Shown here piece by piece: positions 52,370 to 64,000 of a DNA stretch of 64,000 nt. The stretch covers positions 16,774,912-16,838,911 of the forward strand of contig NC_092675.1 of the NCBI RefSeq assembly GCF_964355755.1. Reading direction: 5' to 3'. Source of the DNA: Antedon mediterranea. Lineage: Eukaryota > Animalia > Echinodermata. The position numbers and the translations under genes are program-made. Each line of letters opens with the position of its first letter. Within the stretch, counting starts at the first letter, position 1. Below the pieces are notes generated by a model, which was given only the letters and a program-made list of their open reading frames with translations, did not search any database and was not told the DNA's origin.

Positions 52370-53100
52370 TTCACTTCAGGAGGATCTGGATGGTCTCGTG
52401 GAATGGACGGAGAAGTGGGGGCTAAAACTTAATGCTAATAAATGCAAATATTTATCTATAACACTTTAAAAAAGGCCTGTGCTATTCAATTATAATTTAA
52501 ATGGACATGATATTAAGATGGTTTGTGTACAGAAAGATTTAGGTATTTTTATTAATATAGTAAATTAAATTTTTGTTCACATATTAATCATGTGTTGTCA
52601 AAAGCTAATAGAATGATGGGCTTAATATGGAGAAATTGTAGGTTTATGAATGACGGCAGAGCACTTTTATCTTTATACAAATCTATACATCCTCACTTTA
52701 AATATTGTTCCGTAATTTTCAATTCAATTTCTCCATGTCAGGCCCGTCGAATCGACGTTGTTCAACGGAAGTGTGCGATTCCTGTCTTATAACTGTGTTA
52801 ATTTTGCCTTTTCCATTGATTTGTCAGCAATCGTCGAACGATATCTGATTTTTTTTTTATATAATATTTTAAATTCTAATTTAGTTTAAATGTCCCTGGT
52901 CGTACACGTAATAGACATTTATTGCACATACCTTTTAGCCGTGTCGACTGTACCAGGAGGGGATTTTTTCATAGCCTACCAAAACCATATACATTTAATA
53001 ATCTAAATTGTAATCATATTGATATTTTGAATGATAGGCTTGGAAGATTATGTGTTCACTTCTTGAATAGCCTGTATAACCTGCTTGATCAATATACATT
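52370..53100 (+). mobile_element. Decayed CR1-group LINE RT 3' fragment
   Basis: LQEDLDGLVEWTEKWGLKLNANKCK...KDLG...KANRMMGLIWRN...LLSLYKS..PHFKY, with frameshifts. Confidence 0.8.
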
Positions 53101-53152
53101 TTAAATTGAAATTGTTTATGGCATGCTGATCTATGTTTTGATATATATAAAT

Positions 53153-53332
53153 TCCTTCACTTGCACTGATGAAGGGCTAGTGTTGCCCGGAAGCTCTGCT
53201 AACTTTTCTGGCTGTTTTACTTTATCATTTTGATTAATAGCTTTTTGCTTTTTTTTGTATCTCTATTGAGATCCAGCCATCCACTGATACCCACAGCATT
53301 GTCATTTTTTAAATAAATTTGCCTTTGGATTT
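53153..53332 (+). mobile_element. Penelope 3' repeat with a hammerhead motif (GAAA>GGAA, probably inactive)
   Basis: TTGCACTGATGAAGGGCTAGTGTTGCCCGGAAGCTCTGC...GCCTTTGGAT followed by (TA)n. Confidence 0.8.
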
Positions 53333-53390
53333 ATATATATATATAATTTGAAACGATAAAGATGAGGAAATCTGTGAGAATGAGAAAAAG

Positions 53391-53462
53391 TCGCCCAACC
53401 GAGACTCGAACTCGGACCGCCTGCTTGATATGCAGATGTCCTAACCATTAGACCACTGGGGC
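53391..53462 (-). pseudogene. tRNA-like cloverleaf (Asp/Glu-like, ATC anticodon) within a dispersed repeat
   Basis: D stem GTCT/GGAC, anticodon stem TCTGC/GCAGG, T stem CCGAG/CTCGG with a TTCGA loop, followed by T5. Confidence 0.75.
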
Positions 53463-53676
53463 TTTCATGGTATTGTTCAAACTCGATTGGATAGCGACTC
53501 TTTAACATTCTCGGCGTGGTACGGCGGAACAGCACTAGTCCTCAGTTGTACGCACACGCACCAGAGATCAGGTACGTACGCCCTCATCTTTCAGTATTTT
53601 TATTCACGAGGCGGGATCTCCGAAGAGAAACTTTTGTATATATAAACACATTAGGAGATATATATATATATATATA

Positions 53677-55080
53677 CGTTAAGTCTGGAAAAGAAGTAAA
53701 AACTACAGTTTGGTCTCTACAGGCTTGTTTCGTGAGTCGTGCAACTCACTCATCAGGAGACTATAATGAGAACAATCAATTACAACGTTAATTTACTTGT
53801 AGAATTAGCATTTACAGGTGATATGTTTTGGAATGTCAGCTGTTATGTAACAACGCTTTCTTTCTGTGCCGACAGGCGGACACGAGTTCGTTATGTTTGT
53901 TTAATGTCGATAATTCAGGGTGGCGGATGATAAATAATTTCTCTTTGAGGCAGAGGTTGCATTTTTTGTTTGCGCTACTTACTATATGCTTTAGCAGATG
54001 CCAAGATGCGCCATGAGATTGAATAGTCTGTGTTGTTGTCCTTGAGTGTCCAAATATGTTTACTGAGTTCGGTTGAGTTTCTAGAACGTGTATGACGGAA
54101 TGATGAGGTGTGATTTCTGTATCGTGTTTTAAAATCATTTTCAGTGAGTCCGATATAAGTTTCCGAGGTGGATTTGTCTTTGCGTGTAACTGTGGCTTGG
54201 TATATTACAGATGATTGTAGGCAATTTCCGTTTAGCGGACATTTGTTTTTCTGTCGGCAGCAGTGCATGTTTTGATTTCTTGCGTGTTTTCCACGGATGT
54301 TGTTTCGGGCTGATTGAGTATTCTCTTGTTGTGACCGTCTATTATCTGCTTCATAATACAACTGTAGCTAATCTTGATGGTGTTTCGGTTGAAGATTTTT
54401 CTTAGTTTGTTGTCTTTTGGAAAATGTTTGTCTCTATAGGAATAGGAATTTCTGTCCAATGTTTGTGCTGACGTTTTTGCTGAACGGTGGGTTGTACCAC
54501 AGAATGTCGTTTCGTTGTCTGTTTTTTCGTCTTGTCTGGGTTACCGGCTTGTATTTCAGGCCCGTAGCCAGGGGGGGTTTTTATGGTTCGGGCGAACCCC
54601 CCCTTTACAGCGAACCCCCCTTAACCGACTGCGAACCCCCATCCCCGACATGCCCAATACCTCACCCTCATCTCCGAAAATCGTCCAAATACGTGCCCCA
54701 CAGTAAAAAAGTTGTTCGTAAATTAAAAAATTTCGTAAACTCGTTCGGTTGCTATTTATTGCTATGACCAATCCTGCGCCTTAGTGAGAAGTTAATGACT
54801 TGTTTGTTTGCTTCTATGGTAATGCGTAGGCCGTTATCTTTGAATACTTGGCATATGTCTTTTTTAATGTTTTCTGTGCTTTTAGGTGTGGTGTCTGTGA
54901 CGGCAAGGCCGTCGTCTCTGTATGTAAAGTCCTATGTTGATTCCTAGTTTCTGTTGTAATTGGTGTAACAGGAAGCTTCCAACAAGTTCACACGTTTCTG
55001 CGCCATCATAACTAGGCCTATACCCATAGTCACATCGAATGCCGTGGGGCCTTTCTTTTGCCATGGTTGCTGTTTGTGTG
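53677..55080 (-). mobile_element. Penelope-like element, Naiad-type, 5'-truncated and frameshifted
   Basis: [99 protein letters not shown]. Confidence 0.88.
53713..53761 (-). ncRNA. Canonical type-I hammerhead ribozyme
   Basis: GTCTC-CTGATGA-GTGAGT-tgcacg-ACTCAC-GAAA-CA-agcc-TG-TA-GAGAC. Stems I, II and III all pair, with a GUA cleavage triplet. Confidence 0.9.
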
Positions 55081-55215
55081 ATAATATATATATATATATA
55101 TATATAAACAAATCAGGCATAGAACATTAATTCTAAACCGCCCGGTAATATACTGAAATTTAATTAATTAATTTGAAACGATAAAGATGAGGAAATCTGT
55201 GAGAATGAGAAAAAG

Positions 55216-55288
55216 TCCCCCCAACCGAGACTCGAACTCGGACCGCCTGCTTGATATGCAGATGTCCTAACCGTTAGACCACTGGGAC
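55216..55288 (-). pseudogene. Second tRNA-like (ATC) copy of the same dispersed repeat (repeat spans ~55107-55288)
   Basis: Nearly identical to 53391-53462 and shares the 3' flank, which also occurs at ~50666-50750 (+). Confidence 0.75.
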
Positions 55289-55379
55289 TTATATATATAT
55301 ATATATATTTGTATTTTATTGTTAACCGTTTTTTATGTTGTATCGTTTTATGTTTCAAACCTGTAAGTGGCGGTATTAG

Positions 55380-58300
55380 TGTAACGGTGGAATTTTAGTG
55401 TATCCGTTACTATATCATATAGTCTCAGTGGCAGGATTTCACACAGTCACAAAATGTACCAACAGCAAATATGGTTTATGGTCAGATACAACTTTATTTA
55501 AATATGCAATGTAATACAGTCTGTTCTGGCTATATTACATACCTTTTCTTCTCTCTATTATAAATGTTTTATTCTACCAAGGTCTTTTCCTTCTCTCTAT
55601 TATAAATGTTTTATTCTACCAAGCTCTTTTCCTTCTCTCCTCTTACCAGTATACATTCATATTTAAGGAACGGTCCTAATTAATATGCATGTACTGGGAG
55701 GGGACTATTTAGTAAAGGGAACATTCCATGATGATGAGGAAACAGTAATTTATTAAGGATGTGGGTTATAGGAGAGTGAACAAAGAGTACCTAGGGATAG
55801 GAAGAAACCACTAGGAATGTTAATAGATGGAGTAGGGAGAAATAGTGAAAAAGGGTTGTTGACCTGATGGTCAGAGTGTTACATTATTCCCTCTCTACCA
55901 AAGAAGTGTCCCACTTCGTATATTTAAAATAAAAGAAAATTGTAATATAAAAGAAATTAAGTAATTAAGTAAATGCTGAAATTAAAACTGTATGCTAATT
56001 AAATTTAAGAAACAAAATCAAGTAATATCAAGTAAAGGGAATGTAACTATCATTCCAAAATAAAAATATAATGATGATAATACATTACTACTGCTACTAG
56101 TAATTAAAAATAAACAAGTAATGAAAATTCGTCATCACATGCAATATATTACGTAAGTATACAGAATATAACAAAATATAAAATATTATAAGTTTTAAAA
56201 CATGCAATTAATTAAAATAAGTTTATGCAAAAGTGAACCATCATTGAGAATAGAAAGTATAGATTGAAAAACATAACTGAAGGAGAGTAAAAAGATGGTG
56301 ATATAGTATACAATGGTAACATGTTTTCAAATATTTGTATAACGTTGTCGGCAAGTACGGCGGAGTTAGTACACAATGTAATAATTAAGCAAACAAATTT
56401 TAACAAGAGGAAAAAATTACCAAATATAGAACAAAACATACATGTAATTAATAAAATCCAAAACGTTTATTTCCATTCGTCGCCGGTTGTTTAAAACCCA
56501 TAATCGCGAAAGTTAAGATCAGGTACGATCTAATGTCGGAATAAACAGTTCTATGGATAATAAATCTAACGTGACAAGAACAATGACAAATTTTGACTAT
56601 CGATGTGGCTATTCGAATTTGCCTGGTCGCAGGTCATTTAATCCCTAGATAAATATATATCATGTTCAGGAACGACACTAAATGGAACTTAATCGAGTGC
56701 CAATAGTCGGCATGATGATCAGAACACAATGAAGTGTATAATCTAATCAAGACACCATAACATAAATCACAAAGTAAAATACAAAATAATATTAAACTCA
56801 AGAAAAAGTGATTGCCTAACACATACAGTAGTCGGAGTAAATAAAAAAAAGAATAGAATTAATGATCGGCATTGAACAAGTAAACCTCTCACATTTACTC
56901 TGTTCTCGGCAGTGAGTAAATCTGGTAAACAAGGTTATACTATATAAACAACTAAATGTACTATATTATGATATTTACAATGAGATTTTAAAAAAAAATC
57001 CATTTAACGAAAAAAAATATTTGAAAACAAACTTCTTCACAAACTTAAATTTTAAGCCTATTAAGGAAATTGCAAATTAAAGTAAAAACTTTAAAAACAA
57101 CAGAATGACAAGTCGATCATGTTGAATTAAATGTCATATCTAGCAGGAGGGTTAATTTTTCGGCCATACCTTGTTCTGACGGATTGTTCGACAAAGGGTT
57201 TCAGTCTGTCGTGATGTATGCGTCGGGATAGGGGTTTAAGGGTGTTGGAATTTTGGAGTAGATACGTTCTGCCTCCCTTATCTACTTTAGTTATGAGGTA
57301 GGGTCCAATCTAATTCGGTGTTAACTTCTTTCTAGAATTTGCTGGGTCATCTAGCCAAACTTTGTCGCCAACATTGTAAGGGGTAAAACGTGCGGCTAAA
57401 TCATATGTAAATTTCTGCCTTTCCTTTTGTCGTAAAGTATTGTCTAGGGCCATTTGGTGTGCATCTTGTATTCGCCTAGCGAGATCGTCAACATATACCG
57501 ACAGCGAGTGATGAGCTATAGGGGTTTCACCAACTGAGGGGATATGTTGGGGTAAGCGGACATTTCGTCCATGGACTAGAAAGAAAGGGCTAGTGTGTGG
57601 AAATTGGGGTATTAACAGCCGTATTTCCCGAACGTAAAAACATGTTACAATATTATTATATCTATACCTATATTATATCACCCGAAGAAAGAGGAGGTTA
57701 TAGAAAAGAACTAGAAATGATGGATCACTTACCACTTCATTAATAGTGTTCAAATCAAGTTGAATATACTATGGGCTATCCAAAATAATGTTTAAAAATA
57801 AATCAGCCAAGCCATCCACAAACAAAATGTTTATAAAAAGTTCCATCTGCGACTCAAAAGTATTAAACAAATTTTATACGTATCAAAGTTCGTATAAAGC
57901 GTTCAAAATAAAAAATGTCAAAAGAAAGTTAAACAAAAGGTCGCAAAAACAGTTAATGATCAATAGTAAAAAATCATCTTCTTTTCGGTCTTCGTTCTTC
58001 GTCTCTTTGCCTCGGTGTTTTTTTTCTTCTGTCTTCCGTTTTCTATTTCTGGGGTTGGTCCTGCAATTGTTTCATCCAATAATCTTCTTTTCTTCTTCTT
58101 TTGCTCTTCTTTGTCTGTGTTCATTCATCCATCAGCATCTGCTGCTCCACAAACTCTGCAAATTCCAAATCTGATCCATCTTCTTGTTTTTTTTCTTCTT
58201 TTTTCTTTTTGTTTTATTGGCTTCTGTGGGTCCAAATTGGTGTGGGAACCAGTTGTAACGGTGGAATTTTAGTGTATCCGTTACTATATCATATAGTCTC

Positions 58301-58757
58301 AGTGGCAGGATTTCACACAGTCACAAAATGTACCAACAGCAAATATGGTTTATGGTCAGATACAACTTTATTTAAATATGCAATGTAATACAGTCTGTTC
58401 TGGCTATATTACATACCTTTTCTTCTCTCTATTATAAATGTTTTATTCTACCAAGCTCTTTTCCTTCTCTCTATTATAAATGTTTTATTCTACCAAGCTC
58501 TTTTCCTTCTCTCCTCTTACCAGTATACATTCATATTTAAGGAACGGTCCTAATTAATATGCATGTACTGGGAGGGGACTATTTAGTAAAGGGAACATTC
58601 CATGATGATGAGGAAACAGTAATTTATTAAGGATGTGGGTTATAGGAGAGTGAACAAAGAGTACCTAGGGATAGGAAGAAACCACTAGGAATGTTAATAG
58701 ATGGAGTAGGGAGAAATAGTGAAAAAGGGTTGTTGACCTGATGGTCAGAGTGTTACA
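55380..58757 (-). mobile_element. Non-autonomous Gypsy-type LTR element
   Basis: 504-bp LTRs (55380-55883, 58254-58757) differing at about one base, TTAG TSD, PBS TGGTTCCCACACC (tRNA-Glu-like), PPT GGTAGAGAGGGAA, and an integrase C-terminal remnant SPFFLVHGR...VGDKVWL...GPY...IHHDRLKP at ~57130-57600. Confidence 0.92.
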
Positions 58758-59425
58758 TTAGTATATATCGCTGTTGGTTTTGATTGAAACATAACATAAC
58801 ATAAAGCAATGAAATGTCTTCCCTAGCAGACTGTTAGTGTTACTTGTTAGTGTTGGAAAATCATCAACCATGTAATTGAAATCGTAGGACAACATTTAGA
58901 AATTAAAATTAGATTATTCAAATTTGGATATGCATCAGGATATGCATTTACTACTTTGCTACCACTTTCTATTTTAACATCGTAACCGAACTAAAACACC
59001 GCCGCCTATGAGCTGCTGACCTGGATTTATACTGAACGCTGCATGCTGACCTGGATCGGATGCACGCGTGGGAACAAACTGCCAGGCCGTAACCTTTGGA
59101 CAGTGGATTCAAAACCATAATTAGGAGTATTTAATTAGAATTTTTAGTATTTGAAGGTACGGTAATTTTCCTAATGATAGCCCCAACTCAACATGATAGA
59201 TAGGATAGGATATAGGATTAGAGCTCCGTGATTGTAGGAAAGGTAGGCCTGCTGCTAGGCAGGCTGGCTGACTGATGGAGACGCGGCAAGGCATGCGCTT
59301 AATTAAACGTTTATGATTCTTTAAAAAATTATAAATTATGGCCGACGACGGCAACAGCTCTAAACCTGAAAAACATTGTTTATTCTTTTTCTTTATAATT
59401 TATTTAGCGTATAACGGTATAGTTA

Positions 59426-61158
59426 ATGGCAATGGCCGAGTCTGGTTGGACCAAAGAAAAGACAGTTGAGTTCATTGCTATTCAAAAAGATATGGACACA
59501 AAGGAAAAACTAGGACAATATTTTGATGAATGGGCTCCCAACTATGATCAAGTGAGTGAGTACTTTTTTTGTTGTAGGTGTCTATATATATAGACATGAA
59601 CTGTCCACCCAGGCAGCACTTGCCATACCTCCATGTTTATACTATGACGTTATCCAAATTCCTTCACTTGCACTGATGAAGGGCTAGTGTTGCCCGAAAG
59701 CTCTGCTAACTTTTCTGGCTGTTTACTTTATCATTTAGATTTAGCTTTTCGCTTTTTATTTTTGTATCTCCATTGAGATCCAGCCACTGATACCCACAGC
59801 ATTGTCATTTTTTTCAGTAATTTGCCTTTGGATTTATATAGATATAGAGAAACGTGTTTGTAAGAGTGAGATTTACAAACAATCTTATAGCCCCTACTTT
59901 AACTAACTTTATATTTTAGGCAGTGACATCTATGGGTTATATTGGTCCTTCTCTCACTGCAAATCTGCTTCAGAAATATGTTAAATCTAAGGATGCCAGG
60001 ATCTTTGATGTTGCATCAGGCACAGGCCTCGTTGGTGAGGTGGTAAGTATGACAGTAGAATCAAGGGGTTCCAAATACTATGTAAGACGATAGAACATTA
60101 TTTCAATTTTAATTTCACAATATAATATAATACATACATAAATGCAATGAAGTGATTATGTAGGGGAAGAGTCATAAAGACTTGACACATTATACAGCAT
60201 TACATTTTACAATTTGTGATTCCCACACCCCTTTCCTATTACACAATCCAGGATACCCTGCTGATCATCACTTTTGTCACCATCAACAATACATAATGCT
60301 CTTCTAGCTAGCTGGTTCTGGTTACACTAACATTGATGCAGTTGATGGCAGTGCAGCAAGTATAGAAGTAGCTCGTAAAAAGAACATCTATACAAATCTA
60401 TATGTCCAATGGCTTGGAGGTGACAACAAATTGAATATTAACAATGGTAAATATCAGTAAAAACTCTCCAAACAAAAACAATAAACCCACTGCAGAAAGT
60501 ATGTAGTAGTGTTATGGAGATAGATTTGAACCCAATAAAGTGCGCCCATAGTACATATTAAAATATGTTGCCTCCTTATGTGTACAAAATGAATATAACT
60601 TTTTAAATCTATTTTCTGATAGACAGCTATGATGCTATAATTTGTGTTGGTGCTTTTGCTTTTAACCAATTGGAATCGGACGTTCTTCCAGAATTTATTC
60701 GAGTAGTAAAACCAGGTATGATTCCATCAGCTTCTGTTTAACATGTTATATAACAACTGCATGCATATTATATCAAAACATTACCTGTATAAATTTATAT
60801 AGTATCACTCCCATGAAATATAAATAGGCCTATAGCAAAATATAAGAGTAATAAATCACAATGAAGTAACTAAGTTCGTAGTTTTTATTTTATCGTATAT
60901 GTACTGTAGATATTATATACATAATTTAAGAGGGGTAAACAATAATAACATTGTTTTTAAATTATATCAGGGGGCTATATTTTGATAAATATGCGAACCC
61001 GTTGGTTGAGACTTGTTTCACAATTCTCCGATGGAAAGTTAGAAGGGGACATGGCAAAATTGGAAAATGAAGGGAAATGGAAATTGGTTGAGAGACACGT
61101 TAAGGAGGAAAAAGACAGTGAACAGAATGTAGTAACATTCATTCATCAAATTTGCTAA
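59426..61158 (+). CDS. Class I SAM-dependent methyltransferase, METTL27/WBSCR27-like; exons 59426-59551, 59920-60042, 60308-60446, 60623-60715, 60971-61158
   Basis: FDEWAPNYDQ, RIFDVASGTGLVGE, NIDAVDGS, YDAIICVGAF, EFIRVVKPGGYI; in-phase 669-nt CDS. Confidence 0.9.
59670..59706 (+). ncRNA. Intact minimal hammerhead motif in a Penelope 3' repeat (~59600-59835), sense strand in methyltransferase intron 1
   Basis: GCA-CTGATGA-A-GGGC-tagtgtt-GCCC-GAAAGCTC-TGC. Confidence 0.78.
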
Positions 61159-62529
61159 AAACCATTTAAGATGCTACATTTCAGCGATGACAGCAGTCCA
61201 ATGAAAGATTGTCTGCAATATTACATATCACTTTAATTTATACTCTCAAAATGAGGAATTTCAGAGACAAAACACTAAATAAAACTCTAAACTTTAGTTA
61301 TACATGAGTATAATTTATTGTACTTTCTTGTCTATTTGAATACAAAGTACAGTTGTAGTGATCTCTTGAGATCAATTAGACCTATCACTATTATATACAT
61401 AGGGCCTGTTAATCAAAAATATGGTTATCTTTACATGCATACCACTGTAATGCATTTTAAAAATCGTTAATAATGTATTTGTAATGTTAATAATTTATGT
61501 TATCACTTTGTATTTTTTATGATAATGTACATACAAAATATAAGTGCATACTTCTGGTAATTTTATATCCTGTATTATTATTATTATGTATTTTTTAGTG
61601 TAGTATTTATATTTATTACCGTATTGAACACAATTATTTATTCCAAATCCTTATCAATAAATTTAACAAAAAAAGGTATTAAAACATCTTTACGGTACAC
61701 TATATTTTAACAAATCATTTCATCGTTATTAAACGTATTGAATGTCACTTTTTTCATTACAAATTATATATTTGAGTCGCGCTAAAAAATTTTGGGCATC
61801 TTCCCTTCTTCCGACTACTTTTCGCATTCAGGGCACATTAATAATTAATTTTATATACTAATTTTGTCATAGTTTGAGATCAACTTTCCACGAACAAATG
61901 TTGAGTCGAGGCCGTAATTGGTCAATGGGTTGAACACATTCAACGCTATAGTTGTTTGCAAACGTCTTTGCACTCCAGTTTGGTTCAAGAACTGCGTCGG
62001 ATACTCACTTTTCAGACCTAAAATAGAAAAAAAAATCACCTTTTTTATCCTCCCTGGGAGATACTCATCAATTGCTAAAATGAATTACTCGTACATTCGT
62101 ATGGTAAATTATTTTTTTTCCTCTGAATGGACTGATCCCTTTGTACGTGACTTTTGGGGGACTGTAGTAGTAGGCCTACTTTTTATAGAAATGAATAAAG
62201 AACTTTTTTTCTGTTCCTCTCCCATTTTGCCTCCTGGGTGGACTAAAGTCCTAAACCCTGATCCCGTCGGCATACCATGGGGGATAGTTTTTTTCTTTTT
62301 ATAGAAACGACTATATCATACATTACCAACTCTATGATATATTACACATAAGTGATCGACAACAGAAACAAACAAGTGGTTTTATAACTAATTTTTTCAC
62401 GCTGCTGCTCTAGCCAGCTACGTCCCATGAGAACTAATCATTCATAAGCTAAAGCAAGCAGCAGTTATAGATATCTATGGTCGACAGTTTTGCGACTTTG
62501 TAAACTCGACTATAATATTTATATTTTAC

Positions 62530-64000
62530 CTTGTTTTTAACGGTATACCCTTGGTTTCCGATATTGATGCGGTAAATGCATTTTCCACATTCTTTGCGTC
62601 AAACTTTAACGAACCTAATCGTAATTTCAATGTTAACCATGAGATCTGTAATTGTGTTCACCCAGATATTGTTCCCCTTAATAACATTAATATTACTGAA
62701 AAAACTATTTTCGAGGCTCTATTGTCATTGAAACCCAACAAATCCCCTGGACCAGACGGGATTACACCTAAAATGTTATCCATGTCAGCTCCAATTATTG
62801 CCCCAGTGTTGTGCAAAATGTTTAACAAGTTCGTAACGGATGGCTTTGTACCAAAAGATTGGAAACTCGCGAATGTCACTCCTATTTTTAAGTCAGGTAA
62901 TCGGAACGATGTTAATAATTATCGACCCATATCGCTATGTTCTATTATAGGTAAGGTTTTTGAACGTATTATAGCAGATAACATTCTTTTTCATCTTCAA
63001 TTTTTTGGATTTTTAAGTCCCACGTAACACGGGTTTTATCCAGGTAGATCGTGTATTACACAGGCCTCAGCGTTATATCATGATTGGTCACAAACAATGG
63101 ATGTTAGACAACCTCCTGTAATTGATGCAATATTCCTTGATTGGGAGAAGGCCTTTGACCGTGTTCCCCATGATTTAGTAATCAAGAAACTGCACAACAT
63201 GGGAGTATGTGGATCTCTCCTAAAGTGTCTTCACTCCTTTCTCAGTGACAGATTCCAACGTGTTGTTCTTAATAAGGAGCATTCGGATTGGGATAGAGTG
63301 GGCTCGGGTGTTCCTCAGGGATCCGTGTTAGGCCCGCTTCTATTTAATCTCTTTGTTTATGACCTACCTCTAAATACCTCTTCTGTTATGAAGCAGTATG
63401 CAGACGATACAGTAATTTATAAACCTGTATTCAGTCGTCATGATGCACTTACCTTACAACAGGATCTTTGTAAAATTTCCAAATGGTGTGAGGATAATAA
63501 AATGAAATTAAATGCAAAGAAGTGTAAAGTCATGCACATAACTAGGAAACGTAATTATATCCCTCATTTTATTTATACAATCGAATCCAATCCCCTTGAA
63601 GCTGTTAATTCACATAAATATCTTGGTATTAACTTCTCACGTGATTTAACATGGTCTGCTCACGTTAATGATGTATCGATGAAATCTATGAGAATGCTTG
63701 GGTTTATCAAACGGTTTGTAGGTTTCAATGACACCGAAATTTTACTACGACTTTTTAATGCACTATGTCGACCTGTTATTGAATATGGTGCTCCTGTGTG
63801 GGATCCACATCAAAAACAACATAATATAGCTATTAACAAGTCATTAAGACGGGTTACTAAATTGTGTGTTGAAGGCAATTTCACTGACAGGCTTAAGATT
63901 CTAAATTTACCAGATATGGTTCAAAGAATGAAATTTCATAGTATAATTTTTGTAGTTAAGTGTTTGCGTAATTTAATTGATTTTGATATATTTGAATACC
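62530..64000 (+). mobile_element. CR1-group LINE ORF2 (RT), 5'-truncated, one nonsense codon, runs off the window
   Basis: KSPGPDGI, WKLANVTPIFKSG..NYRPISL, SPT*HGF..GRSC, LDWEKAFDRVPH, GVPQGSVLGPLLF, YADDT, KYLGI. Confidence 0.93.

Noticed and set aside
53391-53462. Bona fide tRNA-Asp gene
   Set aside because: The acceptor stem is imperfect, position 32 is a purine, the anticodon is atypical and the flanks are repeated, so it is treated as repeat-borne tRNA-like sequence.
53760-54300. Selenoprotein (UGA plus SECIS) coding, as reported for some Naiad elements
   Set aside because: The conserved cysteines here use TGC/TGT, and I see no SECIS-like hairpin in the short 3' region.

Overview
AT-rich, intron-containing eukaryotic DNA from an invertebrate, probably an echinoderm-like deuterostome (the taxon is inference). 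Six spliced host genes can be assembled with consistent splice phases: ASF1 (-, 2168-15300), PLAA/Doa1 (+, 19243-31715), ELOF1 (+, 35775-36604), AP1M1 (-, 39170-45516), an unidentified 196-aa gene (+, 48208-50419) and a METTL27-like methyltransferase (+, 59426-61158). ELOF1 and AP1M1 each carry a U12-type intron. The introns and intergenic DNA hold many transposons: a young Mag-clade Gypsy with an open ORF in PLAA intron 1, a non-autonomous Gypsy-type LTR element, a solo LTR, two long-TIR TAG...CTA (Academ-like) foldback elements, a Helentron/HINE-like element, Neptune-like and Naiad-like Penelope elements, CR1-group LINE pieces, a frameshifted THAP remnant, many MITEs and several minisatellites. 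The main points for a second look are eight hammerhead ribozyme motifs tied to Penelope elements, several unrelated families inserting at (TA)n, a repeated tRNA-like cloverleaf with an ATC anticodon, two probable P-element excision footprints, a three-level transposon nest in ASF1 intron 3, and TAGGCCTA tracts near gene starts. All calls were made by eye; no database search was run.
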